A stretch of 64,000 bases of DNA from an uncultured Phycisphaerales bacterium (GCA_938084645.1 CALKEP010000001.1:136972-200971); one strand, 5' to 3'; positions 1 through 9,740 are shown, counted from the first letter of the stretch. A program made the numbers and translations. The notes: a model not told the origin generated them from the sequence alone.

Positions 1-1
1 C

Positions 2-640
2 TGTTCGTTCAAGGCCGTGGTCGAGGCCGGATGGCGCAACTACGGACTCCAGCAGGCCCGAGGCAGTCTCCCCTCCGGACCGGTGGTGGTGATGATCCAC
101 ATGGCGAGCACGTGGGTGCCGTTCACCAGCGAGTCGAAGGAGGCGATCGCCGATTACGACGAGATCCGGAAGGAGATGCGTCTCGCATTGCAGGAGTGCG
201 GCCGCAAGCTGGGCACCTATCTCCGTCGACGCCAGAAGATGCGGCGCGAGTCTGAACGCCGCAACGTGTTCGCCAGGTACATCGGCGAGATCTCGATGGC
301 GTGCGAACGGATCACCGGGTCGGACGCCGGCGAGATCCGTGACGCACTGGAGAGCATCGCGGAAAGGAAGACGGCGGAAGCGGATCAGCAGCTCGATGAC
401 GAGGGGCGGGTCGTCGACGACGGAGGCCGTCTCGCGGCCGACGACTCGGTCATCATTCTCGAGCCGGCCGGCGCATCCGGAGGCGACGATGAGGCCGCCG
501 GCGGTGGTGATTCGCTCTTCGCGGATCTGGCACCGCCCAAGAAGTCACGCGGCAAGATCGTCAAGAAGAACACTCGGAAGACCACGAAGAAGAAGCGTTC
601 CGGCACGACGTCGACGAGGCGCCGCAAGTCGGACGGTTGA
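2..640 (+). CDS. top6B: DNA topoisomerase VI subunit B, C-terminal part (5' truncated by window edge)
   Basis: Frame open from position 2. WRNYGL..P.GP.VVMIHMASTWVPFTSESKEAIA..EIRKEMRLALQECGRKL matches the Top6B transducer domain. Directly upstream of top6A. Ends in an acidic then Lys/Arg-rich tail. Confidence 0.92.
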   Translation, partial: CSFKAVVEAGWRNYGLQQARGSLPSGPVVVMIHMASTWVPFTSESKEAIADYDEIRKEMRLALQECGRKLGTYLRRRQKMRRESERRNVFARYIGEISMACERITGSDAGEIRDALESIAERKTAEADQQLDDEGRVVDDGGRLAADDSVIILEPAGASGGDDEAAGGGDSLFADLAPPKKSRGKIVKKNTRKTTKKKRSGTTSTRRRKSDG

Positions 641-663
641 GCCAGCAAAGGAATTCGCGACTC

Positions 664-1926
664 ATGGCAACCACGCCAGCAGGTGATTCGAAGAAGCCGG
701 CTTCCCGCAAGAAGGTCAAGAAGACCTCTGCGAAGTCCACCGGGAAGTCCGCCACGAAGGCGGGTGGCTCGTCGCTGGGCACGAAGAAGAAGCGACGCAA
801 GGCCTCCGGGGTCGTGGATCCGGACGCCAAGGCGAAGATCGACGCCCGGACCGTCGATCGCATCGAGGCGCTGGGCGCGTCCGTGGTGAAGCAGAGCCTG
901 AAACTCGCGGATCCCTTCGTGGACGTCCCCACCCGGTCGATCTCCAATGTCCGATTCAACAAGTCGAAGCGCCTCCTCGAGATGGGCGACGCGAAGCAGC
1001 GTCGAATGCTCTTCAATCTCGGGCAGGCCAAGAAGTTCATGCAGACGATGCTGGTCGCGGATGGATGTCGTGACCTGGTCCAGGCGGGAAAGACCCTCAG
1101 CCTTCGTGGCATGTACTACAAGTCGCTGCACACCATCGCAGGCACCAAGGAGAAGACGTTCGACGGCCAGGAGGAGTCGGACGTGGTGCTCGAGGATCTC
1201 GAGGTGTCGATCGACTCCCTTCGCGAGAACCTCCACGTCTTCGCGAAGAAGCGGGGGACGATGGTCGGCAACATCACGGTCTTCGACAACGGCGACGAGA
1301 TCAACTGCCGCCGAATGGGCACGGGGGGTTACGCGATCCCCTCGATCTGCGAACCGAGCGTCATCCAGTTCGGCAAGTGCGAGGCTGATTTCGTGCTGCA
1401 CGTCGAGAAGGACACGGTCTGGAGTCGATTCAACGAGGACCGATTCTGGGAGACCCACAACTGCATCCTCACCGAGGGTTCGGGGCAGCCGCCCCGCGGC
1501 GTCCGGCGGCTCCTGCATCGCTTGAACACGGAGCTGGGACTGCCCATCTACTGCCTGCTCGACTGTGATCCATGGGGACACTACATCTACAGCGTCATCA
1601 AGCAGGGATCGATCAACCTCGCGTACGAGAGCGGGCGAATGGCGGTGCCGGAGGCGAAGTATCTCGGAATTCGATCCGACGACTACGCACGGTGCGGGCT
1701 CTCCGACGACGTGAAGATCGAATTGAACAATCGGGACCTCGAACGTGCGAAGCAGATCGCCGCCTATCCCTGGTTCGCCGATCGGCGGATCTGGCAGAAG
1801 GAGATCAAGCGAATGCTCTCGAACGGCTTCAAGATGGAGGTCGAGTCCCTGATCACCAAGGACATCTCGTACGTCACCGAGACCTACGTCCCCGAGCGAC
1901 TCAAGGCGAAGGACTGGATCGACTGA
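664..1926 (+). CDS. top6A: DNA topoisomerase VI subunit A (Spo11 family)
   Basis: Winged-helix motif SLRGMYY (catalytic Tyr position), FDGQEESD..LEDLE, TOPRIM motifs VEKD and LLDCDPWG. ATG 664 chosen over TTG 637. Confidence 0.93.
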   Translation: MATTPAGDSKKPASRKKVKKTSAKSTGKSATKAGGSSLGTKKKRRKASGVVDPDAKAKIDARTVDRIEALGASVVKQSLKLADPFVDVPTRSISNVRFNKSKRLLEMGDAKQRRMLFNLGQAKKFMQTMLVADGCRDLVQAGKTLSLRGMYYKSLHTIAGTKEKTFDGQEESDVVLEDLEVSIDSLRENLHVFAKKRGTMVGNITVFDNGDEINCRRMGTGGYAIPSICEPSVIQFGKCEADFVLHVEKDTVWSRFNEDRFWETHNCILTEGSGQPPRGVRRLLHRLNTELGLPIYCLLDCDPWGHYIYSVIKQGSINLAYESGRMAVPEAKYLGIRSDDYARCGLSDDVKIELNNRDLERAKQIAAYPWFADRRIWQKEIKRMLSNGFKMEVESLITKDISYVTETYVPERLKAKDWID

Positions 1927-2785
1927 TCTCTTCGGTTCGATCCCCGGTCGAACCGTCCGGGATGTTCCGGGGCAGGGAGATCGTGAAGTCGCTTCCCCGG
2001 CCGGCGAGCACGTCGAGGCTGATTCGGCCGCCGTGCTCCTCCGCGATTCGGCGGGCGGTGGGGAGGCCGAGTCCCGAGCCGCCATGCGTGCCGCTGACGT
2101 AGGGATGGAAGATCGTGTCCCGCATCTCCTCGGGCACGCCCGGCCCGCTGTCGATGACGTGCACGGAGACGTCCGCGTCCGTCGCGGTGATCCTGACCAG
2201 CAGCTCCCGAGGGCGTTCCGGGGGGTTCCCCTCCATCGCATGAACGGCGTTGATCAGGATGTTGAGCAACGCCTGCTTGAACATCGCCGCGTCCATCTCG
2301 GCCTCGATCGGATGACCGGGAAGGTCGGGTCGAAGGACGACTTCGGCGGCGTCGGCCTGCGGATGGAAGAAGTCAAGGACGTCCTCGACGACACGGACCA
2401 GGTCCGTCGGTTCCCGATCGAGCTGGAACCGGCCAGCGAAACGAAGGAAGTCGGCGAGGATCGTGCGGAGCCGATCGGCTTCGCGGACGAGGGCGTCCAC
2501 TCGTCGGAGCATCGGGGTCGTCTCGTCTTCGGGCGCATCGAGATCCCGGATCGCCTCCTCCACGAGCTGCGCGTTGAGAATCACCGTCGATAGGGGATTC
2601 TTGATCTCGTGTGCGAGGCCGCCCGTGAGCGAGCCGAGTTCGGCGAGCCGCTCCGCGTCGGCGGCGCGTCGTTCGGCTTCCCGTGCCCGTTGCTCGCGGA
2701 TCGAGATCGCGCGCCGGGCCGCCGCCGCGACGATCGCTGCGCCAAGCACGAGGCCGGTGATCACACCCCAGATGAACGGGCTCAT
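1901..2785 (-). CDS. Membrane-anchored sensor histidine kinase (HisKA + HATPase_c)
   Basis: N-terminal TM, H-box GLAHEIKNPL, N-box NILINAVHA, DSGPG, GSGLGL. 3' end overlaps top6A by 26 nt. Confidence 0.9.
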   Translation of the reverse strand: MSPFIWGVITGLVLGAAIVAAAARRAISIREQRAREAERRAADAERLAELGSLTGGLAHEIKNPLSTVILNAQLVEEAIRDLDAPEDETTPMLRRVDALVREADRLRTILADFLRFAGRFQLDREPTDLVRVVEDVLDFFHPQADAAEVVLRPDLPGHPIEAEMDAAMFKQALLNILINAVHAMEGNPPERPRELLVRITATDADVSVHVIDSGPGVPEEMRDTIFHPYVSGTHGGSGLGLPTARRIAEEHGGRISLDVLAGRGSDFTISLPRNIPDGSTGDRTEEISRSSPSP

Positions 2786-2811
2786 CGCATCTGCGCTCCA
2801 GAAGGCTCGTG

Positions 2812-2852
2812 ATGAAGAACGACCCGCGGGCCGGAGATCGGCCGGCGGGTCG
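2812..2852 (-). terminator. Probable intrinsic terminator after the cold-shock gene
   Basis: GC-rich stem CGACCCGC-G-GGCCG / CGGCC-G-GCGGGTCG (2820-2852), followed on the minus strand by TTCTTCAT. Confidence 0.55.
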
Positions 2853-2896
2853 ATTCGATCATCTGCGCCATTCGCGAGATCCGTCGCCTCACTCGA

Positions 2897-3196
2897 TCAG
2901 TCGGTCGACGGTTCGGTCGTGACCGCGGCGTCGGGCTTGGCTTCGGTCATGGACCCCTGGGCGGCACGCGTCTCCACGGCACGGGCCTTGGTCGCCGACC
3001 AGCCCTTGGCCCCGTCGTTTGCGTCGTAGATCACCCGTTCGCCGTCACGGAACGTTCGGAAGCCCTCTTCCTGTTCGATGACGGTGAAGTGCACGAAGAT
3101 GTCCTGACCCTCCGGGCCGACGATGAAGCCGTAGCCCTTTCGGGGATCGAACCATTTGATTTCGCCTTCGATTTCAATCAGGTTCGTATCAGACAT
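2897..3196 (-). CDS. Cold-shock domain protein
   Basis: GEIKWFDPRKGYGFI (RNP1) and DIFVHFTVI (RNP2). Start reassigned to ATG 3196. Confidence 0.92.
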   Translation of the reverse strand: MSDTNLIEIEGEIKWFDPRKGYGFIVGPEGQDIFVHFTVIEQEEGFRTFRDGERVIYDANDGAKGWSATKARAVETRAAQGSMTEAKPDAAVTTEPSTD

Positions 3197-3515
3197 GTCT
3201 GGAATTCTCTCATCAGAGGGTGGTTCATGGGGTCGACTTTGCCGAACCCGTTGCGGTTCCCGCGGAGCGACGTGGTCGTCTCCGCATCCACCGGGAAGTG
3301 GCGTCTTCGGGCCGCTCCATCGGTGATGGATACTCAACAAGCCCACAACAACTGACGTCTCTCTCCGGTTCCCAGATTCTCCGGATAAGGCCCACTTTTC
3401 GCAACCCTTGTTTCGCGAGATTCCGGGAACTCCCTCGGATACGTGCAAAACTTCGATTCCGACGCGATTGCCCACAAGCGATTCAGAAGCCGGGCGGCCA
3501 GTACCGTCCTAGCGC

Positions 3516-3552
3516 AAGAAAAGGCCCCGAACCACATGTTGGTTCGGGGCCT
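3516..3552 (-). terminator. Intrinsic terminator of pnp
   Basis: 13-bp perfect stem AGGCCCCGAACCA/TGGTTCGGGGCCT (3522-3552), followed by TTTCTT on the minus strand, 27 nt after the pnp stop. Confidence 0.8.
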
Positions 3553-3579
3553 CGACGTTCAAAATCAGGGTTCTGGGGA

Positions 3580-5799
3580 TCAGGCCGGGGCTTCCGAACG
3601 GCCACCGCCTCGGCGTCCGCCGCTGCGTCGACCACCGTCACCATCGCTGTCTCCCTCGCCGTCGGCCGGCGGATCCATCAGTGCCCGTCGGGAGAGCTTG
3701 ATACGGCCCGTGTCGTCGACGTTGATGACCTTGACCTTCACGGAGTCGCCGATTGACACGATGTCACTCACGGACTTCACGAAGCCGTGGGCGAGCTCGG
3801 AGATGTGGCACATGCCATCGGTGCCGGGTGCGAGTTCGATGAAGGCACCGAAATCCTTGACCGACACGACCTTGCCGTCGTACACGGTTCCGACGCGGAT
3901 CTCCGCGCCGAGGGCTTCCACTTCAGCCTTGCACTGCAGCCCCATTTCGCCATCGGTCGAGCCGATGAGCACGGTGCCGTCCTCTTCCACGTCGATCGAG
4001 CAGCCGGTCCGCTCCTGAATGCCGCGGATCGTCTTGCCACCGGGGCCGATGAGCTTGCCGATCTTGTCGGGGTCGATCTTGACGGTGATGATCCGGGGGG
4101 CGTACATGGAGATGTCCTCGCGGGGGGCCGCAAGCACCGACTCCATCTGCTCGATGATCTGGAGTCGACCTTCCTTCGCCTGGGCGAAGATCACGCCGAT
4201 CTCGTCGATGTCGAGGCCGAGGGCCTTGAGGTCGAGCTGGATGCCGGTGATGCCCTCGCGGGTGCCGGAGACCTTGAAGTCCATCTCGCCGAAGAAGTCT
4301 TCTTCGCCGAGGATGTCCGTGACGTGGCTCACCTTGCCGTCGGCGGAGGTGAACCGTCCGACGGAGATGCCCGCACAGGTGTTCCGGATCGGAACGCCTG
4401 CATCCATGAGGGCGAGGCAGCCGCCGCACACCGACGCCATGCTCGAGGAGCCGTTGGATTCGGTGATGTCGCTGACCAGCCGGATGGTGTACGGGAAGTC
4501 GTCGGTGCTGGGGATGATCCCGAGCAGCGATCGCTCCGCGAGGGCGCCGTGGCCGACTTCACGACGACCGGGGCCCATGATGCGGCCGGCTTCGCCGACG
4601 CAGAACGGGGGGAAGTTGTAGTGGAGGTAGAACTTCTTCGCGTACTCGGGAAGCAGTCCGTCCACGATCTGCTCGGCCTTGTTGGTGCCGAGGGCGCAGG
4701 TCACGAGTGACTGGGTCTCGCCACGCTGGAAGAAGGCCGAGCCATGGGTCCGGCTGAAGATCCCGGGTTCCATCTCGATCGGGCGGATCTCCTTGAGACC
4801 CCGGCCGTCGGCCCGGATGCCGTGCTCGGCGACGAGCATGTGGGTGATCTTCTTCTCGAGGGTCCGGAAGGCGTCCTTCGCCTGGGAACGATTGTCCTCG
4901 GCGGCCTTGTACTCGGCGTAGGGCGCGTCCTGCGGAAGCGGGAAGCACTCGTGGAGGGCCTCTTCGCGGAGGGCGCCGACCGCGGCGTTTCGCTCCTTCT
5001 TGCTCGCGATCTTCCGGGCTTCGACCAGTCGGTCGTAGACCTGGTCCTTCACGGCCTTCATGACTTCCTCGGAGGGAAGGTGGAGCTTGCCGGCGTTCGC
5101 CTCGGGGGCGCCGCACTTCTCGCGGAGCTCGAGGACGAGTTCGACGATGGGCTTGATGCCCTCTTCGTGGCCGAAGCGGATCGCTTCGAGCACCACGTCA
5201 TCCTCGACCTCGGCGGCACCGACCTCGATCATGTTGATGCCGTTCGGATGGCCGGAGAGAACGAGGTCCAGATCCGAGTATTCCATCTGTGCGACGGTCG
5301 GGTTGAGGACGAAGACCTCGCCGTCGTCGGTCAGGATCCGGCCGACGCGGACGGTGGCGACCGGGCCCATGAACGGGGCGTCGGTGAGGCAGACCGCGGC
5401 GGAGCCGGCGGTGCAGGCGAGCACGTCGGTGTCGTTCTGGCCGTCGTGGCTCATGACCCACGCCTGGATCTGGATCTCGTCGATGAATCCGTCCGGGAAG
5501 AGGGGGCGGATGGGACGGTCCATCATCCGCATGGTGAGGACTTCCTTCTCGTTCGGAGCGCCTTCACGCTTGCGGAAACCGCCGGGGAACTTGCCCGCGG
5601 CGGTCAGCTTCTCGCGGTAGTCGCACTGAAGGGGGAAGAAGTCGATTCCCGGTCGGGGGTTCGCCCGGACGCAGGTGGCCATGACGGTGGAATCGGCGTA
5701 GCTCGCCATGACGGCGCCGGACGCGAGCCTGGCGACGCGACCGGTCTCGAGTCGCAGGATGCGACCGCCGATCTCTCGTTCAACGAAAGTGACTGGCAT
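3580..5799 (-). CDS. pnp: Polyribonucleotide nucleotidyltransferase (PNPase)
   Basis: DFFPLQCDYREK, FRKREG, HGSAFFQRGETQ, RREVGHG, ESNGSSSMASVC, DFKVSGT, KH (IGPGGKTIR) and S1 domains. Follows rpsO. Confidence 0.98.
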   Translation of the reverse strand: MPVTFVEREIGGRILRLETGRVARLASGAVMASYADSTVMATCVRANPRPGIDFFPLQCDYREKLTAAGKFPGGFRKREGAPNEKEVLTMRMMDRPIRPLFPDGFIDEIQIQAWVMSHDGQNDTDVLACTAGSAAVCLTDAPFMGPVATVRVGRILTDDGEVFVLNPTVAQMEYSDLDLVLSGHPNGINMIEVGAAEVEDDVVLEAIRFGHEEGIKPIVELVLELREKCGAPEANAGKLHLPSEEVMKAVKDQVYDRLVEARKIASKKERNAAVGALREEALHECFPLPQDAPYAEYKAAEDNRSQAKDAFRTLEKKITHMLVAEHGIRADGRGLKEIRPIEMEPGIFSRTHGSAFFQRGETQSLVTCALGTNKAEQIVDGLLPEYAKKFYLHYNFPPFCVGEAGRIMGPGRREVGHGALAERSLLGIIPSTDDFPYTIRLVSDITESNGSSSMASVCGGCLALMDAGVPIRNTCAGISVGRFTSADGKVSHVTDILGEEDFFGEMDFKVSGTREGITGIQLDLKALGLDIDEIGVIFAQAKEGRLQIIEQMESVLAAPREDISMYAPRIITVKIDPDKIGKLIGPGGKTIRGIQERTGCSIDVEEDGTVLIGSTDGEMGLQCKAEVEALGAEIRVGTVYDGKVVSVKDFGAFIELAPGTDGMCHISELAHGFVKSVSDIVSIGDSVKVKVINVDDTGRIKLSRRALMDPPADGEGDSDGDGGRRSGGRRGGGRSEAPA

Positions 5800-5997
5800 G
5801 GTTGCCTCTCTTTTTCACATGCTGATCGCGGGCATCGGGCCCGGGATCGCGGGGTGAGCGCGGCAACGTAGAGTCGGTGCCACGCGCGGGATCGCGAAAC
5901 CGCGTCCTGGGGCAGAGGGCGGAGCGCAGCCGTGAAATGAACCCACACTGCGCACCGTCGACTGCCGCTGAAAGCGGCCGTCGCGGTAGATTTCGAC

Positions 5998-6267
5998 CTA
6001 CTTGCGGAGGCCGAGCTTCTTGATGGTCTCGAGGTAGGAGTCGCGGTTCTTTCGCTGGAGATAGCGAAGGAGGCTGTTACGACGGCTCACCATCGCCAGA
6101 AGTCCACGTCGTGACGAGTGATCGTGCTTGTGGTCGGCGAAGTGATCCTGGAGGGTCTTGATCCGGTCGGTGAGGACCGCGATCTGGACCTCGGGCGATC
6201 CCGTGTCGGAATCGTGTCGGCCGTGATCCTTGCGGACCTCGGCCTTGCGGGCGAGTGAAATGCTCAT
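5998..6267 (-). CDS. rpsO: 30S ribosomal protein S15
   Basis: DTGSPEVQIAVLT, HKHDHSSRRGLL, LGLRK; 89 aa; rpsO-pnp synteny. Confidence 0.98.
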   Translation of the reverse strand: MSISLARKAEVRKDHGRHDSDTGSPEVQIAVLTDRIKTLQDHFADHKHDHSSRRGLLAMVSRRNSLLRYLQRKNRDSYLETIKKLGLRK

Positions 6268-6354
6268 GAGCTTCTTCGATCCTGTCGTTGCGTTGGGAGG
6301 CCGTCTCGGCCACCGTCAGTGTGATGAGTTCTCTGCTGATTTCTCGAATCGAAG

Positions 6355-6382
6355 ATTGTAGCGATCCCCCGTGGCCGGGCAA
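6355..6382 (-). promoter_or_regulatory. Candidate sigma70-type promoter for rpsO-pnp
   Basis: Minus-strand TTGCCC-N16-TACAAT about 90 nt upstream of the rpsO start. Confidence 0.55.
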
Positions 6383-6529
6383 CCCCGGATCTTCCCGGAC
6401 CTTCGTGATGGGGCCTCAAGGCGGTAAACTCTGGACGGTTCGGTCTCTAAACCCGTTTTTCAGGTCTGCAAACCCCTCATCCCCGGTCCGAGACCGCGGT
6501 TCAGGCCCTCGGAGGCACTCGAGAGCACC

Positions 6530-8161
6530 ATGGCGTCCGAAACTCTCCAACAGGCGATCGAGGCGATGTCGGCACAAGCCGACCAGATCCGGCTCGGCGG
6601 CGGCCCCAAGGGCATTGAACGGCAGCATCGTCACGGAAGGCTCACGGCGCGGGAGCGCATCGATCGGCTCGTCGATCCGGACGCCCCTCGTTTCGAATGC
6701 GGGCTCTTCGCCGCCGCCGGCATGTACGAGGAGTTCGGAGGGGCGCCGTCCGCCGGCGTGGTGACCGAGATCGGCCAGGTCGGGGGACGACCGGCCATGA
6801 TCGTCGCGAACGACGCCACGGTGAAGGCCGGCGCGTTCTTCCCGATGACCTGCAAGAAGATCATCCGAGCCCAGGTCATCGCCCAGGCGGCGCGGCTTCC
6901 GCTGATCTACCTCGTGGACAGCGCGGGGGTGTTCCTTCCGCTTCAGGAGGACGTCTTCCCCGATACCGACGACTTCGGCCGGATCTTCCGGAACAACGCG
7001 GTGATCAGCGCAAGTGGTATTCCACAGATCGCCGCGATCATGGGGAACTGCGTCGCGGGCGGGGGATATCTCCCGGTGCTCTGCGACACCCTGCTCATGA
7101 CCGAGGGCAGCGGGCTCTACCTCGCCGGGCCCGCACTGGTCAAGGCCGCGATCGGTCAGGAGGTCGACAGCGAGGAACTCGGCGGGGCGGCGATGCACGC
7201 GGAGATCTCCGGCACCATCGATTTCCGCGAGAAGGACGACGAGGCCTGCATCGCCCGGCTGCAGCGACTGATGCTCGCCTGCATGTCGGCGCGGACGCGA
7301 CCCGAGCCGCCGTTCCCCCTCGCGGCACCGGCCCGTGCGGAAGCGGAGATCCTCGACGTCTTCGATCCGGATCCCGGTCGGCAGTACGACATGCGGGACC
7401 TGCTCGAATGCGTCGTCGACGGCGACTCCTACGACGAGTATCGGGCCGATTTCGGCCGCTCGCTGGTGTGCGGGTACGCCCGGATAGAGGGAAGACCCTG
7501 TGGGATCGTCGCCAACCAGCGGATGATGACCAAGCGGAAGATGCCGGGTGGCAAGGCGGGGCCTTCCGAAGCGGTGAACATGCCCGCGGTGATCTACGAC
7601 GACGCCGCCGACAAGACGGCCCGCTTCATCATGGACTGCAACCAGAAGCGGATCCCGATCATCTTCGTCCACGACACCACCGGATTCATGGTGGGGCGTG
7701 ACAGCGAGCAGGGCGGGATCATCCGCGCCGGTGCCAAGCTGGTCAATGCGATGAGCAACTGCGTCGTTCCCAAGATCTCGTTGTTGATCAATGCGAGCTA
7801 CGGGGCTGGAAACTACGCGATGTGCGGCCGCGCCTTCGACCCGTTCCTCACGCTGGCCTGGCCGAACGCGCGATGCGCCGTGATGGGCGCGGCGCAGGCG
7901 GCGAACGTGCTGCTTCAGATCGACCTCGCAGCCCGAAAGCGGCGCGGCGAGGAGGTCGACGAGACCACTCGGGCCGAGTTGCTCGCCGCGATCACCGCGA
8001 GCTATTCGGAGCAGCAGGACGTGCTCTACGGCGCGGCACGCGGGTGGGTCGATCGAATGATCGATCCGGTGAAGACGCGCCGGGAGCTCGGCGAGGCGCT
8101 GATGCTCGCCGATGGGTGCGATACCTCGGGCCCATTCGCGACCGGCGTGCTCCAGACCTGA
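6530..8161 (+). CDS. Acyl-CoA carboxylase carboxyltransferase (beta) subunit, methylcrotonyl/propionyl-CoA type
   Basis: LTARERI, ANDATVKAGA, LVDSAGVFLP, GNCVAGGGY, LAGPALVKAA, GFMVG..SEQGGIIRAGAK, SYGAGNYAMCGR. Confidence 0.93.
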   Translation: MASETLQQAIEAMSAQADQIRLGGGPKGIERQHRHGRLTARERIDRLVDPDAPRFECGLFAAAGMYEEFGGAPSAGVVTEIGQVGGRPAMIVANDATVKAGAFFPMTCKKIIRAQVIAQAARLPLIYLVDSAGVFLPLQEDVFPDTDDFGRIFRNNAVISASGIPQIAAIMGNCVAGGGYLPVLCDTLLMTEGSGLYLAGPALVKAAIGQEVDSEELGGAAMHAEISGTIDFREKDDEACIARLQRLMLACMSARTRPEPPFPLAAPARAEAEILDVFDPDPGRQYDMRDLLECVVDGDSYDEYRADFGRSLVCGYARIEGRPCGIVANQRMMTKRKMPGGKAGPSEAVNMPAVIYDDAADKTARFIMDCNQKRIPIIFVHDTTGFMVGRDSEQGGIIRAGAKLVNAMSNCVVPKISLLINASYGAGNYAMCGRAFDPFLTLAWPNARCAVMGAAQAANVLLQIDLAARKRRGEEVDETTRAELLAAITASYSEQQDVLYGAARGWVDRMIDPVKTRRELGEALMLADGCDTSGPFATGVLQT

Positions 8162-8184
8162 TTCGCCTCGGGCGTGTCGCTCGT

Positions 8185-8979
8185 TCAGCTCGTGCGTCGT
8201 CGGCTTCGGAGGAGTCCGCCGATGCCCAGCAGGGCGATCGCACCCGGGGCGGGGATCGACGTGTACTCCACGATAAGCTCGGGTCGGAGCGTCGCGTCGC
8301 CGATGAACATCGAGTCGAATCGGAACGTCGTTCCGTTGCCCGTCTCATCCCCGAGGATCAACCAGCCGAAGCGATTCGCGTCGCCGTCGATCATCGATTG
8401 AAGATCTTCGACGAGCCCCGCGCCGCTCCATGACTTCCACCCGGTGCCTTCGAGCAGGCTCGACGCGGAGGCGTCGGCCGCGAAGTCGCCGCCCGGGGTG
8501 GCCCAGGCCACGGTGTCGTAGAACGCGCTGTCCCACGTGGCGGAGCCGGGCGTCGCGGGACCGCCGCCGCCTTCGCCGCCCCCGGCGTCGGTCGTGCCCA
8601 CGCCCCAGTCCGCGAGCAGTCGATGCAGGCCGACGTTCGACGGTGCGGCGTTCGTCTGCGACACGTGGAGCCGCAGGGTCACGGATTCGATCGTGACGGG
8701 GCCGGCGAGCAACGGGGCGAGGTCGAAGTCGATCAGGCCGCGGCGTCGGAATCCCTGATTCGTCACCCCGGCGAACAGATGTTGTCCGAGGCCGTTCGCT
8801 CGTGCGCCGCCATCGGTCTCATAGAGGGTGCCGTGTCGATCCGACTGCAACGTCACCAGGTCGGCGGACGCCGAGCCGGCGACCGAACCGAGTGAAATGG
8901 CGACGAGCGTCGGAATCGCGATTGCTCCGACGACGGACTGCCTGACGGGGGTCTTGGGAATCACGGGGGAGAACTCCAT
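8185..8979 (-). CDS. Secreted PEP-CTERM-like (PAPG) sorted protein with DNRLRE-like beta-sandwich domain
   Basis: Signal peptide ending ASA; RRGLIDFDL..IESVTLRL, ATWD..W.TPGGDF, RPELIVEY; C-terminus IPAPGAIALLGIGGLLRSRRR. Confidence 0.8.
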   Translation of the reverse strand: MEFSPVIPKTPVRQSVVGAIAIPTLVAISLGSVAGSASADLVTLQSDRHGTLYETDGGARANGLGQHLFAGVTNQGFRRRGLIDFDLAPLLAGPVTIESVTLRLHVSQTNAAPSNVGLHRLLADWGVGTTDAGGGEGGGGPATPGSATWDSAFYDTVAWATPGGDFAADASASSLLEGTGWKSWSGAGLVEDLQSMIDGDANRFGWLILGDETGNGTTFRFDSMFIGDATLRPELIVEYTSIPAPGAIALLGIGGLLRSRRRTS

Positions 8980-9122
8980 GGAGAGGGGTGTTCTAGACCA
9001 TGCCGTCGAACCGGCGAATCGCCAGTCGGCGACCCGAAAATCGATTCGAAACCCCGGTTCGGAGTCCGAATCGTCCATACCATGGAGTCTTACGGACCCT
9101 CAAGCACCCCGGAGCGGACGTC

Positions 9123-9740
9123 GTGGACGAAATCCTGCTGGCCAGCGGAAACCCGCACAAGTTGGAGGAGGTCAGGGCGGTTCTGGAGCCGATCGGCCTT
9201 CGCGTCATCGGTCTCGACGAACTGGAGACGGTGCCCGAGGAGCCGGATGAGGACGGCGTCACGTTCGAGGCGAACGCCCGGATCAAGGCGATCGCCTATG
9301 CCCGTGCCACGGGTCGTGTTTCACTCGCGGATGATTCCGGCCTCGAGGTCGATGCCCTCGGCGGCGAGCCGGGCGTGCGGAGCGCCCGCTGGTCGGGCGT
9401 CGAGGGTGAGCGCGAGGTTCGTGATGCGGCGAACAACCGGAAACTCGTGGAATCGCTTCGGGCGGTCCCGGAGGCGGATCGCGCCGCCCGGTTCGTCTGC
9501 GCGATGTGTCTCGCCAGCCCCGATGGCACGGTGCTGGCCGAGACCCGCGGGACCTTCGACGGCACCGTGATCCTCGAGCCGCGGGGCGGAAACGGATTCG
9601 GCTACGACCCGTATCTGCTGTTGCCGGACGAAGACCGCACCAGCGCCGAGCTGTCGCCGGCCGAGAAGAACGCTCGAAGTCATCGTGGCGTCGCGACCCG
9701 GGCGATGGCGCCGTTGATCGAGGCCCTGGGACGATCCTGA
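9123..9740 (+). CDS. rdgB: Non-canonical purine NTP pyrophosphatase (RdgB/HAM1)
   Basis: LASGNPHKLEE, TFEANARIKA, ADDSGLEVDALGGEPGVRSARW, GFGYDP, KNARSHRG. GTG 9123 chosen as start. Confidence 0.95.
   Translation: MDEILLASGNPHKLEEVRAVLEPIGLRVIGLDELETVPEEPDEDGVTFEANARIKAIAYARATGRVSLADDSGLEVDALGGEPGVRSARWSGVEGEREVRDAANNRKLVESLRAVPEADRAARFVCAMCLASPDGTVLAETRGTFDGTVILEPRGGNGFGYDPYLLLPDEDRTSAELSPAEKNARSHRGVATRAMAPLIEALGRS

Noticed and set aside
5800..5997. Hairpins in the rpsO-pnp spacer as an RNase III autoregulatory site
   Set aside because: Only short stems are visible (e.g. 5959-5983). The analogy to E. coli is plausible but unsupported and not novel.
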